Positions 20,430 to 30,507 of a stretch of DNA of 64,000 nt are shown piece by piece. A model generated the notes under the pieces. The model had not been told where the DNA came from. It ran no database searches and worked only from the letters and a program-made list of their open reading frames with translations. Where the stretch lies: assembly GCA_029856155.1 (NCBI GenBank), contig JAHQWL010000052.1, positions 64,001-128,000 on the forward strand, written 5' to 3'. Source of the stretch: Promethearchaeia archaeon. GTDB lineage: Archaea > Asgardarchaeota > Lokiarchaeia > Sigyniarchaeales > SOKP01. Position numbers and translations under genes: made by a program. Numbering within the stretch: the stretch's first letter is position 1; each line of letters begins with the position of its first letter.

Positions 20430-21467
20430 TTAAATCATCTCAGCAAAAGCTTCGAATCTTGTAGAAAGTTGTTTATATTGTTCTCTATTGTATAACATTT
20501 CTATAAAAAGATATGGAATTTCCAATTCCTTAAACCTTTTATTCATATATGGATGATCGTAGAGCATAGGTTCACAGAATTTCATTGCTATGTTAATAAC
20601 GCCATCTACTTTATATTTCTCGGCTAAAAACTTTAAAAATTCAAATCGATCATAGGATGGCATTTTGGTAGAATATAACGGTTTACTTAGGTGATATTCA
20701 GCAATCGCCAAGATAGGATCTTTTTCTTCTTCAATAGTATTCCAAAAATATCTAGATCCAATGCATAAATCATCAGCTACAACTTGAAATCCTTTGTCTT
20801 CTAAAAATTTTAAAAAATCTGTATCATCGATAATAGACCCTGTAAGTAATATCCTTTTAATTTTTTTATCAGTAAAAGGAGTTTTAGTCTTTAATTCATT
20901 CATTTTTTTTTTTAAAATATCCAAAACTTTGTTTTTATCGTCAGTTTGAGATAGTTTGACTAATTCATGAAATTCTGATCCCTTTAAAATCATTTTACTT
21001 CTATATTCGGAGATTTTTTTTAATAATCTGCGTATTTGATTAGTTAATTTGATAGCTTCTTTAATTTTTTCAGATTGAATTTTAATTTTAAATTTAGATT
21101 CAATTTGGGAAATCAATTCTTTAAGATCATTTAAAAAAAAATTTAAAGCAATTTTGTCTCTCTTTAACGGCACATTTAGATAAAATAAGAAATCAATATC
21201 AACAGATTCAACCCAAATATCAAATTCTCGATTTGTACAATCGCAACCATGGCTAGTTACAACTCCATTTATCTCAGGATTGAGCCCTCTTATTGCTTGT
21301 TCAAGGATATTTTTTGCCCAAACACAGTGAGTAGGGGGTATATGCTCATTCACTTTATCATGTTCAATTGTAGGGTCTCCTAAAAGTCTCATAGGAGTGA
21401 ATCCCGCAGCCATAAAAATCTCTTCAGGAGTAACAACATCCGCATCAAAATAAGCGATTTTTATCAT
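20430..21467 (-). CDS. 2-hydroxyacyl-CoA dehydratase / benzoyl-CoA reductase subunit (HgdB/BcrC-like)
   Basis: PEEIFMAAG, HGCD, DDLCIGSRY, KFCEP, TRFEAFAEM. Confidence 0.85.
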   Translation of the reverse strand: MIKIAYFDADVVTPEEIFMAAGFTPMRLLGDPTIEHDKVNEHIPPTHCVWAKNILEQAIRGLNPEINGVVTSHGCDCTNREFDIWVESVDIDFLFYLNVPLKRDKIALNFFLNDLKELISQIESKFKIKIQSEKIKEAIKLTNQIRRLLKKISEYRSKMILKGSEFHELVKLSQTDDKNKVLDILKKKMNELKTKTPFTDKKIKRILLTGSIIDDTDFLKFLEDKGFQVVADDLCIGSRYFWNTIEEEKDPILAIAEYHLSKPLYSTKMPSYDRFEFLKFLAEKYKVDGVINIAMKFCEPMLYDHPYMNKRFKELEIPYLFIEMLYNREQYKQLSTRFEAFAEMI

Positions 21468-21598
21468 ATTTACACATCATAATTAATTTATTATCCTAAA
21501 ATCCTATAATTCTAAATCTTGAAATATTTAAAAAAATATTTATTTAACCCTTCTATTCAATAATTATCAAAGAATAATTTTGAGATGATTTTAAATTC

Positions 21599-21907
21599 AT
21601 GTCTCAACCCACCATATCACGTACTCTAAGTAAAGCTATTTTAAAACCAGAGGTTCGTATTAAATTAAAAATCTGGAATACCTACTTAACAGGGAAGCTT
21701 GTTAAATTTGATAATTACATGAATCTGATAGTTAAAGATGCCAAAGAAATATATTTTGGTCGAGGAGGGAAGAGAAGTAAAGATTTAGGAGAAGTTTTTA
21801 TACGAGGTGGGTCGATAATATTCATTGGCCAAGATCGAGAGAAGTTAATTTTTGCTCAAGACAATGAGGAAAAATTACTGCACAGAGAAGAGACTGAAGA
21901 TATATAA
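21599..21907 (+). CDS. Sm/Lsm-like archaeal protein (SmAP)
   Basis: GKLVKFDNYMNL (Sm1) and VFIRGGSI (Sm2); upstream of rpl37e. Confidence 0.88.
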   Translation: MSQPTISRTLSKAILKPEVRIKLKIWNTYLTGKLVKFDNYMNLIVKDAKEIYFGRGGKRSKDLGEVFIRGGSIIFIGQDREKLIFAQDNEEKLLHREETEDI

Positions 21908-21924
21908 ATAAGAGATGATTGAAA

Positions 21925-22128
21925 ATGGGAAAAGGAACACCTAGTAAGGGAAAGAAAAACAAAGCAGCAAGTCATAAGACCTGCCGACGATGCGGTAAGC
22001 ACTCTTATCATCGCCGAAAGAAATTTTGTGCAAGTTGTGGTTTTGGACATACAGCTAAAATAAGGAAATATTCATGGGCTAACCGAACGCGTCCTTTTGA
22101 TGGAAAAAAATCTTTTTATAGAGGATAA
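21925..22128 (+). CDS. rpl37e: 50S ribosomal protein L37e
   Basis: [18 protein letters not shown]....CASCGFG. Confidence 0.95.
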   Translation: MGKGTPSKGKKNKAASHKTCRRCGKHSYHRRKKFCASCGFGHTAKIRKYSWANRTRPFDGKKSFYRG

Positions 22129-22237
22129 ACCAATCCTAAAATTATAAATATAGTTGCCTAATTTTCTAAATTTAAGTCTTTTAATTTAAATTTCATTTAA
22201 ATCAAATTTATTCAATATATCTAATTTTATTCTAAAA

Positions 22238-22621
22238 ATGAGTTCAAGAAATGAATTAGTGTCTAAAAATCTCAAGGAAGAACTAGAGAGATTGGAAAGA
22301 TTTAGTGATATTATTGGCACTGCTATAGTTAATCGTAATGGTTTACTAATTTCTTCAAGATTACCAAGAGATATTGATGAAAGAAGATTTGGAGCACTTG
22401 CAGCAACTATGTTTGGGGCAATTGAAACCGCTACTTCAAGTTTAGAATCTAATCAAATAAAAAATTTAACTGTTGAATATCAAGATTATCAATTTGTTGT
22501 TGTAGAGGTAGATCCTAATACAATTTTAGTTTCATTATTTGATTTAAATGTAGATTTAGGTTTGATATTCATCGAGATTGAAGAATTTGTAACAAATATT
22601 AAAAAGATTAAACAAAAGTGA
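22238..22621 (+). CDS. Roadblock/LC7 domain protein
   Basis: TAIVNRNGLLISS.LP, GALAATMFGA. Confidence 0.88.
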   Translation: MSSRNELVSKNLKEELERLERFSDIIGTAIVNRNGLLISSRLPRDIDERRFGALAATMFGAIETATSSLESNQIKNLTVEYQDYQFVVVEVDPNTILVSLFDLNVDLGLIFIEIEEFVTNIKKIKQK

Positions 22622-22627
22622 TATGAT

Positions 22628-23368
22628 ATTTTAACTGAAAAACAAAAAGCAAGATACTCAAGGCAAATTATATCCCCCTTAATCGGAGAGGAAGGTCAAG
22701 AAAAATTATCAAAAATTAGAGTTCTACAAATTGGAGCGGGGGGCTTAGGTTCACCATTTGCTTTATACATTACTGCTGCGGGAATAAACGAGTTAACTAT
22801 AATTGATAATGATGCTTTAGATATCTCAAATTTGCAAAGGCAAATACTTTACAATGAAACCCAAATTGGAGAGGATAAGGTAAAATTAGCAAAAGAAGTA
22901 TTATCGAAACTTAATTCTGATGTTAAGATAAGTTCATATAAAGATTATGTCAATGAGGAGTCTATCAAGAAATATTTAAAGGAAGTTAGTTATGATTTCA
23001 TAGTAGATTGTAGTGACAATTTTAAAACCAAATTTTTAGTTAATAAGATTGCCATAGAAAATAATCTAAGATGTATAATTGCTGGAATAAAGGACTTTTA
23101 TGGTCAAATTATAACTATTAATCCAAAAGAAACGGCTTGTTATCAATGTGTTTTCTCTAAACCATTAGAAACTTCCCCAGATGAGGGACCTTTACCTGTT
23201 ATTGGCGTAACTCCCGGAATTCTAGGAACTCTAGAGGCTTTAGAGGTGATAAAAACAGCTTTAGGGCTTCCAAACTTAGAAAATAAAGTTCTAATGGTTA
23301 ATCTAATGGATTTAAGATTTAATATTATAGATATTGTAAAAAACGAAAAATGTATATGCTCAAAATGA
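22628..23368 (+). CDS. ThiF/MoeB/E1-like adenylyltransferase (true start upstream of the track call, probably ATT)
   Basis: Frame upstream of 22832 encodes RYSRQI, GQEKL, IGAGGLGS, IIDND..SNLQRQ; also DCSDNF and CYQC. Confidence 0.85.
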   Translation: MLTEKQKARYSRQIISPLIGEEGQEKLSKIRVLQIGAGGLGSPFALYITAAGINELTIIDNDALDISNLQRQILYNETQIGEDKVKLAKEVLSKLNSDVKISSYKDYVNEESIKKYLKEVSYDFIVDCSDNFKTKFLVNKIAIENNLRCIIAGIKDFYGQIITINPKETACYQCVFSKPLETSPDEGPLPVIGVTPGILGTLEALEVIKTALGLPNLENKVLMVNLMDLRFNIIDIVKNEKCICSK

Positions 23369-23436
23369 GAAATTAAAGTGAAAAATCATAAATTATAATT
23401 GAGTAAACTTAGGATTTTTTTCAAAAAATTCTTTAA

Positions 23437-23769
23437 ATTTTTGCGGAAGGAAAAACTATACTTTATAATGTTTCTCATCTAAGATTAAAAGAAACTGATA
23501 GAATATCTGCTATGGCTCGAGAATTGCGTAAGATGGGTGTTAAAGTAATTGAAGAGGATGATAAATTAACAATATTTCATTGTGATAAACTAAATGGAAT
23601 AAAAATTGATCACAATGACGATCATAGGATCGCTATGGCCTGTAGCATTGCTGCTTTATATGCGGATTCAAGTTCTCATATTCTAAGTAGTGAAATTGTA
23701 AATGATTCTTATCCTTCTTTTTTCGAGGATTTAAAAGAATTAGGAGCCCAAATAGATTTTTTAGCATAA
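23437..23769 (+). pseudogene. aroA: C-terminal fragment of EPSP synthase
   Basis: FAEGKT...HLRLKETDRI, DDHRIAMA, SYPSFF; frame closed by TAA at 23434, about three quarters of AroA absent. Confidence 0.8.
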
Positions 23770-23810
23770 ATAATATTCTTTATATGGCTTTACATAACAT
23801 TAACAATATC

Positions 23811-24182
23811 CTAAGGAATCAATGTAATAGGGATACCGTAAATTAAACTCAAGAAATCTAAATTGCTTTGAGTTGCTAAAATTTTAGTATATGTAGGACC
23901 TACAACTTTTTTGTAATAAACTGAGTATGCATTATTGTAATCATCCTTCAGAAAATTTTTATAATCCCCACTAAATGTACGTAACCTTCTGTCATTGAAT
24001 CTATTGAGACTGAGTGTAAAATCTCTCTGTGATTTCCATTTTTTTAATACTTTTTTTCCTTCAATCTCTCCAAAGTCTTTATACAATACTTCTCTCATAT
24101 GATCTTCAATAAAGGGATTTACTAATACAAGGGATAAAAATTTAAAGTAAGAAGAAAGAAAAAAAAAAAGAAAGTTAATCAT
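23811..24182 (-). CDS. Hypothetical protein (possibly partial)
   Basis: ORF only; N-terminus looks like T-rich non-coding sequence. Confidence 0.35.
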   Translation of the reverse strand: MINFLFFFLSSYFKFLSLVLVNPFIEDHMREVLYKDFGEIEGKKVLKKWKSQRDFTLSLNRFNDRRLRTFSGDYKNFLKDDYNNAYSVYYKKVVGPTYTKILATQSNLDFLSLIYGIPITLIP

Positions 24183-24195
24183 TAAAAATCTTACG

Positions 24196-24780
24196 CTATA
24201 TAGCTACATACTCAATAGTTAATTGATTATAATCATCGTTACTAGGTGTAGAATCATAAGTAGAAGAAGCTTCTATTTCTATATAATTTGTACCACCACT
24301 AAATACAAACGTATATGAATTGATATAATGCCACGAAGAATCAATAGTGGATGATGTCGCTAAAAAATCAAGATAACTTTCGATTGCACCATCTTTCAAA
24401 AGTCTTACCCTATAATAGCTAGAAGGACTAATACTACTCAATAACACAGAGAGGTGAATTCGATACCAACCAGATTTTAATAATGTAATACGAGTATTAG
24501 TGTTTGAAACAGAAATATAGTCAGTATTATTCAATTTATTATCTCCAAATTCAAAAAGCCAATCATTCTGTAAATTATAAGGTGCATAATCTAGATTGTC
24601 ATCAAGCGCATCCCATATACCTACAACTATAGTCTTTGTCAAATTATTAAGCTCGTCTGTTAAATCATCAAGATCTGAATTGGTGGTATTTTGACCATTC
24701 CACACTACAAATACAAATCCAATCGCTCCAGCGGCTAAGATTATCCCTATTATCCCTAAAGTTTTTCCGCCACTTCCCAT
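24196..24780 (-). CDS. N-terminally anchored surface protein with short coiled coil and beta-rich (C1q/BclA-like) domain
   Basis: Signal-anchor helix; LDDLTDELNNL; ITLLKSGWYRIHLSV; GTGAT RBS. Confidence 0.6.
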   Translation of the reverse strand: MGSGGKTLGIIGIILAAGAIGFVFVVWNGQNTTNSDLDDLTDELNNLTKTIVVGIWDALDDNLDYAPYNLQNDWLFEFGDNKLNNTDYISVSNTNTRITLLKSGWYRIHLSVLLSSISPSSYYRVRLLKDGAIESYLDFLATSSTIDSSWHYINSYTFVFSGGTNYIEIEASSTYDSTPSNDDYNQLTIEYVAI

Positions 24781-24903
24781 TATTTATCACTCTTAATTTT
24801 TTAAAATTTCATTTTTATTAGAATTGTTTTATATTCCTAAATATTTAAAGTTCTATTACTAATTTTTTAGAAAAAAGCTATGTTATAAATTTAAATTTAC
24901 TTT

Positions 24904-25449
24904 TTATGATATAACTTTAAATTTTTTTTCAAAAAATTCTCTAAATTTTTTACCATTCTCCACATATTCCCCAGCAGTTTTCTCACCTATCAATTCCTCC
25001 TCCTCTGGTAATTTTTTTAAGAGTTTAGCTGGAACTCCCGCCCATAATTCTCTCGAGGGTATTTCATTATTAGTAATTACAGCTCCTGCAGCGATCATTG
25101 AACCTTCATGCATCTTAGTATTATGAAGTACATTACTCCCAATGCCAACCAAACATCCATCACCTATTTCAACGGGTCCATGTATCATTGCATGATGCCC
25201 AATTATGCATTTTGAGCCAATAGAAACAGATGTTCCCTTTTCTATATGAATTGAAACATTTTCCTGAATACTCGTATTTTTTCCAATCTTAATTGGACCT
25301 CGATCCGCACGAATTACTGCCCCGAACCAGATGTTTGTATTTTTTTCAATAGTGACATCACCAATTATGACTGCTGTTGGAGCAATGTAAACGGAATCGT
25401 CAATTTTAGGCTTTTTTCCTGTTATTGGACTAGGAATTACAATTGGCAT
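24904..25449 (-). CDS. Gamma-carbonic-anhydrase-like hexapeptide repeat protein
   Basis: IAPTAVIIGDV, WFGAVIRAD, IQEN, IGHHAMIHG, GVPAK. Confidence 0.9.
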   Translation of the reverse strand: MPIVIPSPITGKKPKIDDSVYIAPTAVIIGDVTIEKNTNIWFGAVIRADRGPIKIGKNTSIQENVSIHIEKGTSVSIGSKCIIGHHAMIHGPVEIGDGCLVGIGSNVLHNTKMHEGSMIAAGAVITNNEIPSRELWAGVPAKLLKKLPEEEELIGEKTAGEYVENGKKFREFFEKKFKVIS

Positions 25450-25588
25450 AATCTTTCATTTAGAGTTATTTTTAAATGTGAAGAATTAAGGTAGAAATAA
25501 TAACATTGCGATAAGGTTTTTTTAATAAAATAAAAAAAACTTTCAGAATTTAATAAAAAAAGAAAAAAATTAGGAACATATATTAATT

Positions 25589-27991
25589 TCAAATTTCACG
25601 CATCATTAACCACTGGGAATATAATTGAGAGACTTGCATCATGAAATATGCATCGTTTATAGAGCCATTTTTTAATTGTGATATAAGAGTTACAAGTTCA
25701 TTTTTTTTACTCTCATGAAATTGCCGTAATCTATCAGATTCTACTATTTCTTCTAATAATCCCATATATGTGTCCCAATTTATAGTTGTAGGAAGAGTAG
25801 TAGTTACCTCAGCATCTTCTACTTTTTTTATCTTATATAAAGAATGATCCATGTGAAATTGCTTTACGTATTCATAAATCTGTTCACAAACTTTTAGAAA
25901 TTCTTGTGGATTATAGTCAATACCAGGGTCTTGTTTAAGACCTATAGATGTTATATCTATCCATGAAACATCTGTTCCTTTCATAGAAAAGATGGGTATT
26001 TCATATTTACGAGAAAGCTCTAATTCATGAGCACAATCGACTGAATTGAATACAGATTTATTAGTGCCTAAGAAGAATATAACATCACTAATAGGAACAT
26101 TTTTATCCATAAAATCATCAATATTTCCAGCTAAATCTTGCTCACAGAGAAGTACATCATATACTTCAGGTTTAGCTTCTAGATATTCACCTAGTGCAGC
26201 TAATTGGTAAGGTTCATAATCAATAACTGCATGAGAAATAAAAATAGCCATACTAGCTCTTTGTTTGAGATAATCTCGTAAGGTGTCTAAATCACGTTTA
26301 ACTATCAGTTTTTCTTCATCTGATAACGGATTTTCTTCAAACTCAAATGTTTCAAGAGTCTTAAGCGGCCAAAGAACATATGGCAGTGCATCAAATTTAT
26401 TCTTATTTAAATATAGATATTTAATCTTAGAATTTCCCAGACTTTTTGGTAAACTCTCAAGATTGTTTTCATTTAAATCTATGGATTCTAGTTTTTCGCA
26501 TCTTCCAATTGATTCTGGTAAAGAAGTAAAACTATTTTTACGTGCACTAATACTCATAAGTGAAGCCATCTTATCAAGACAATCAGGCAATGAAACTAAA
26601 ACATTTTCATCAACGTTTAAAGTAGTTAAGGAAATTAAATTACAAATAGCAGGAGGTAGACTTATTAATTGATTCTTACTTAAAATTAATTTCTCCAATT
26701 TTTTTAAATCTCCAATTTCGGTTGGTAATCTTTCAATTTCATTACCCTCTAAATGTAATTCTTTTAATTTCTCTAACTTTCCAATACTTGAAGGTAATGT
26801 TTTCATTTTTCCATTCGATACGACCAAATACAACATATCTTTCAATGAACCAATTGATTCAGGAAGTGCTGTTAAGGGAGTATTTCTAATATCAAGAGAA
26901 GATAGTTTCTCTAGATCACCAAAGTTTTCCGGTAAATTAGTTATTTTACAATCTTGAATGCTAAGACGCTCTAATCCCTTCATACGAGCAAAAGAATTTG
27001 GTAAACTGCCTATATTATTTCCACTTAAATCTAGTCCAAACACATTATCTAGATTACCTATTGATTCAGGCAAAGTTTCAATTTGATTGTTTCCCAAATC
27101 TATAGAATTCAAGTTTTGTAAATTACCAATTGATTCTGGAATTTGTTTAATTTGATTATTCTCAAAACGAAAGATTTTCAATGATGTTAAATTGCCAATG
27201 CTTTGTGGTAAGGCTTCAAGTTTATTATCTTTCACAAGAAGGGTTTGTAGAGTTGATAATTTGCCTATTGTATCAGGTAAAATACTCAAACCCATTGAAC
27301 TAATCTCCAACTTCTCAAGCGATATAAGTTCTCCAATAGAGTTTGGTAATTGAGAAATTCGAGTTACTCCTAGATCAAGAGATGTAAGCGATTTAAGTTG
27401 TCCAATATTAGGTGGTATCTCTTCAATGTTATTATGTCTGAGTGAGAAGGTTTTTAAAGAACTCAGATTATACATATTTTCTGGAATTTTAGTAAGTCTA
27501 TTATCACTTAAATCAAGGTCAGTTAATGCTCTACAAGCTTCGATTTCCACGGGTATTTCCCTTAATTTATTAGTACGAAGATCCAATTTTTCTAAATTTT
27601 TAAGATTGGAAATCCAGCTTGGCAGTTCTTTTATTTCATTTACACCCAAATCAAGTTGTTTCAAAGCGGTACAGTTAGCTAAGCTAGAAGGGAGCTCGTA
27701 AAGATTATTTTGTTGTGCCGAAAGCCACTCCAAATTTGTTAAATCCCCTATAGAATCTGGTATAGTTTCAATTTTATTACCATAAAAGAGGAGTGCATTC
27801 AATTTTTTACAATTTCCGATATTTTCTGGTAAGTTTGTGAGCGTCCCTCGAGTTACTTGAATCCGGGTAACATGGTTGTCTTCAACTCGAAAATTATCAG
27901 AATTCCAACTTGAGCCTACTTTTTGTTCCAAATCCTTAAGAACGTCTATCTCTTCTGTAGGAAGGATAAAACCCATATATTCTTTGCTCAT
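25589..27991 (-). CDS. LRR (22 repeats)-TIR protein, TIR catalytic Glu present
   Basis: ~23-aa LP..IG.L..L..L.L..N repeats; IFISHA...SDVIFFLGT....NSVDCAHELELS...IPIF. Confidence 0.85.
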   Translation of the reverse strand: MSKEYMGFILPTEEIDVLKDLEQKVGSSWNSDNFRVEDNHVTRIQVTRGTLTNLPENIGNCKKLNALLFYGNKIETIPDSIGDLTNLEWLSAQQNNLYELPSSLANCTALKQLDLGVNEIKELPSWISNLKNLEKLDLRTNKLREIPVEIEACRALTDLDLSDNRLTKIPENMYNLSSLKTFSLRHNNIEEIPPNIGQLKSLTSLDLGVTRISQLPNSIGELISLEKLEISSMGLSILPDTIGKLSTLQTLLVKDNKLEALPQSIGNLTSLKIFRFENNQIKQIPESIGNLQNLNSIDLGNNQIETLPESIGNLDNVFGLDLSGNNIGSLPNSFARMKGLERLSIQDCKITNLPENFGDLEKLSSLDIRNTPLTALPESIGSLKDMLYLVVSNGKMKTLPSSIGKLEKLKELHLEGNEIERLPTEIGDLKKLEKLILSKNQLISLPPAICNLISLTTLNVDENVLVSLPDCLDKMASLMSISARKNSFTSLPESIGRCEKLESIDLNENNLESLPKSLGNSKIKYLYLNKNKFDALPYVLWPLKTLETFEFEENPLSDEEKLIVKRDLDTLRDYLKQRASMAIFISHAVIDYEPYQLAALGEYLEAKPEVYDVLLCEQDLAGNIDDFMDKNVPISDVIFFLGTNKSVFNSVDCAHELELSRKYEIPIFSMKGTDVSWIDITSIGLKQDPGIDYNPQEFLKVCEQIYEYVKQFHMDHSLYKIKKVEDAEVTTTLPTTINWDTYMGLLEEIVESDRLRQFHESKKNELVTLISQLKNGSINDAYFMMQVSQLYSQWLMMREI

Positions 27992-30372
27992 TGTTGTCCA
28001 CCTCCAAGATATTGTTGCATAACCTTCTTTTGTTGCATAAAACCCATGAAAAAGCCAGAAAGTTGAGAAAGAAATAATCCTTCTCCTCCGACCTTAGCGG
28101 ATTGTAGGCTATTATATATTCCAGTTAAAGATTCCTTGTTCTTTTCAAAAAATTCTTTCATCTCTGGCAAATGAATAATGCGATCAAGTTCAGCTTTAAA
28201 AGTTCCAAAACCAGTAGGATCACCTACTTCAGCAGCCGCTTCTTTTAGAAGAATGGAGGTTTTATCTTTAAAGATATTGTGTGAACGTTTTAATTGTTGG
28301 ATATAACTATATACATTCTCACAAAAACCATCGAAATCAGCTGGTGTAAATTCATGTCCTAACTCACGGCTAAGATCGGCACTGGATAGGTCGCCCCAAC
28401 TAACATCCAAACCCTTTAAAGGCACTACTTGAATACCCTGATTCTTAGCATTTTTTAAGATTTTAATCATTTCCGGGGAATTAATAGAGCCGGCTGTGGC
28501 AAGAAAAAGAACTAAATCAGTAGCATTAAGGTTAGATTCAATTGGAGGAAGAATAGCAAATATTTCACTTTTAGCTTCTAAAAATTCAGATAATTCTGAT
28601 ATACGATGAGCCTCTGCATCTACTTCAGTATGAATTAACATAACTGCTATACTTGCTCGCTGACGACAATATTCTAAAATAGCATTAGTATCTCTTTCGG
28701 CAATAGCTTGTTCTTCCTCTGAGAAAGGATTACCAGCAATGTCTAGATCCTTTAAAGATTCCATTATATATATAAAATATGGAATATGTTTGAGTTGATT
28801 CTCACCTATACTTAAGTCTCTTAAATTCAATTTAGTTATATGCTCAGGAATTTCGCTTAACTCGTTATCAGCAATCCAAAAAGTATCCAATGATTCTAAA
28901 TTTGAGATAGAATCAGGTAACGATGTTATTTTATTACCACGTAAAAAAAGTCTGGTTAATAATTTTAACTGGTCAATGCATTCAGGAATTGACCCTATAT
29001 TATTGTATGAAAGAACCAAATCATCTAATTTTTCCAATTTACAAAGGGAGGGAGGAATATTTGAAATTCTATTACTTCCAAGATCTAAATTAGTTAAATT
29101 AGTTAATTCTCCTATTGATTCTGGGATTTCGGTTATACGATTTGTGCTTAAATTAACTTTTTTAAGGGAAGTTAACTCTCCAAAATTAGCAGGAAGGGAT
29201 CTTAAACCATTACTTTCACATGTAAATTTTCTAAGTTTTTTCAAATTACAAAAGGACTGAGGAAGTTCCATGATTGCATTATATACTGCTTTATCGTCAT
29301 TGGTTGACCAAGATCCATTTAAATTTAACTCTTCCAACTCTATTAGATTACCAAAACTTTCGGGTAATGAATCAATTTTATTCCATTGAAGATCTAAGAA
29401 TCTTAATTTGGTTAAATTTCCTATTGTATCAGGTAAAAGATCCAATTCTTTCATTACTAAATTTAGCCCAATTACGTGTTTATTGTCACAAGCGAAACCA
29501 AAATGGCTTACATCGACTGGTTTCTCAGAGGTTTCTCGCTTATATTGTTCGATTCTGCCTTCTTGCGACTCTTGTGGAGCTTGTGTTTGATCTCCATACT
29601 GAGCGAGAATATTTTGAATATTTTGATGGACTGCTTGAGCATGTTGTTTAGCGGCCTGGATAGCTGATTCTTCAGTCATGCCCAATAAAGGTTTCAAACC
29701 TGCTAAAGTTGGATCAGCAACACCCAATTGTTCAATTCCAACATCAAAAGTTTTTTTCAATTGCTCTTGATATTCTGGAGTAATCATTGAATCATAATAT
29801 TTGATACTTTCCTTTTCCAATTCTTCAAGGGTTATTTGAGTAAACATTAAATCCTGAATTCTTTGAGTTTCTTGTTTATTTATTTTTTGAAGTTTAAAGT
29901 TTTCCTGCATAAACAATGCCATTGCTTTTCCTTTTTGTTGCGCTTTCTCCTCGTCCATCTCTAGCATGGATTTTATTTGCTGAACAGATGGATGGTTTTC
30001 TCCATACATAGGTATGAGCATATTAAGCTGTGTTTGAAGATTTGCTTTCATTGCTGGGTTGACTTGCGCCATATATTGACTTATATAGGTATTTTCCAAC
30101 TGTTCCAACGATAATTGTGCCAATTGTTCCTGTGTTGCTGCTTGAGCTTTAAATGCTTGAGCTTGCTGATTTAGAATGGTCTCGACAGACATTTGAGTTG
30201 AAGCAGGTTGGTATGCCATCATCTGCTGTGCATATTGCTCTTTACTTTCATCCCTATTTTCACGACAAGGGATTTTCTCTGCTATTAATTTCTCAATTTC
30301 CTCAAGGAATTCTGCTTCTGATGCTACTAAAAAAACACCATTATATTCTTTTAATTCTTCAATAATTATCAC
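27988..30372 (-). CDS. LRR (10 repeats)-degenerate TIR protein with Q-rich helical insert
   Basis: LRR repeats; C-terminal region colinear with partner TIR (VMLIHTE, TDLVLFLAT..SINSPEMIKIL); ATGA overlap with partner; real start may be ATT 30363 after GGTGAT. Confidence 0.82.
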   Translation of the reverse strand: MIIIEELKEYNGVFLVASEAEFLEEIEKLIAEKIPCRENRDESKEQYAQQMMAYQPASTQMSVETILNQQAQAFKAQAATQEQLAQLSLEQLENTYISQYMAQVNPAMKANLQTQLNMLIPMYGENHPSVQQIKSMLEMDEEKAQQKGKAMALFMQENFKLQKINKQETQRIQDLMFTQITLEELEKESIKYYDSMITPEYQEQLKKTFDVGIEQLGVADPTLAGLKPLLGMTEESAIQAAKQHAQAVHQNIQNILAQYGDQTQAPQESQEGRIEQYKRETSEKPVDVSHFGFACDNKHVIGLNLVMKELDLLPDTIGNLTKLRFLDLQWNKIDSLPESFGNLIELEELNLNGSWSTNDDKAVYNAIMELPQSFCNLKKLRKFTCESNGLRSLPANFGELTSLKKVNLSTNRITEIPESIGELTNLTNLDLGSNRISNIPPSLCKLEKLDDLVLSYNNIGSIPECIDQLKLLTRLFLRGNKITSLPDSISNLESLDTFWIADNELSEIPEHITKLNLRDLSIGENQLKHIPYFIYIMESLKDLDIAGNPFSEEEQAIAERDTNAILEYCRQRASIAVMLIHTEVDAEAHRISELSEFLEAKSEIFAILPPIESNLNATDLVLFLATAGSINSPEMIKILKNAKNQGIQVVPLKGLDVSWGDLSSADLSRELGHEFTPADFDGFCENVYSYIQQLKRSHNIFKDKTSILLKEAAAEVGDPTGFGTFKAELDRIIHLPEMKEFFEKNKESLTGIYNSLQSAKVGGEGLFLSQLSGFFMGFMQQKKVMQQYLGGGQQ

Positions 30373-30507
30373 CTAATAGGAATTATGATTAAAATTTTGA
30401 TTGTGTATATTGATATGTACAATTAATGAAGCTTAAGAATTTTTATATGTTTGCTTTCATATATTAACAAATCAAATGAAAATTATTTGAAATTAATCTA
30501 ATAAACA

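Noticed and set aside
22238-23368. Roadblock TGA is in frame with the ThiF-like ORF, suggesting selenocysteine/readthrough fusion
   Set aside because: The TGA is in a linker rather than a conserved Cys position, no SECIS was recognised, and it is part of a GTGAT RBS 5 nt before an ATT, so separate initiation is simpler.
25589-30372. Roco or NLR/STAND assignment for the LRR proteins
   Set aside because: No P-loop (ROC, NACHT, NB-ARC) is present; the LRRs lead directly to the TIR-like domain.
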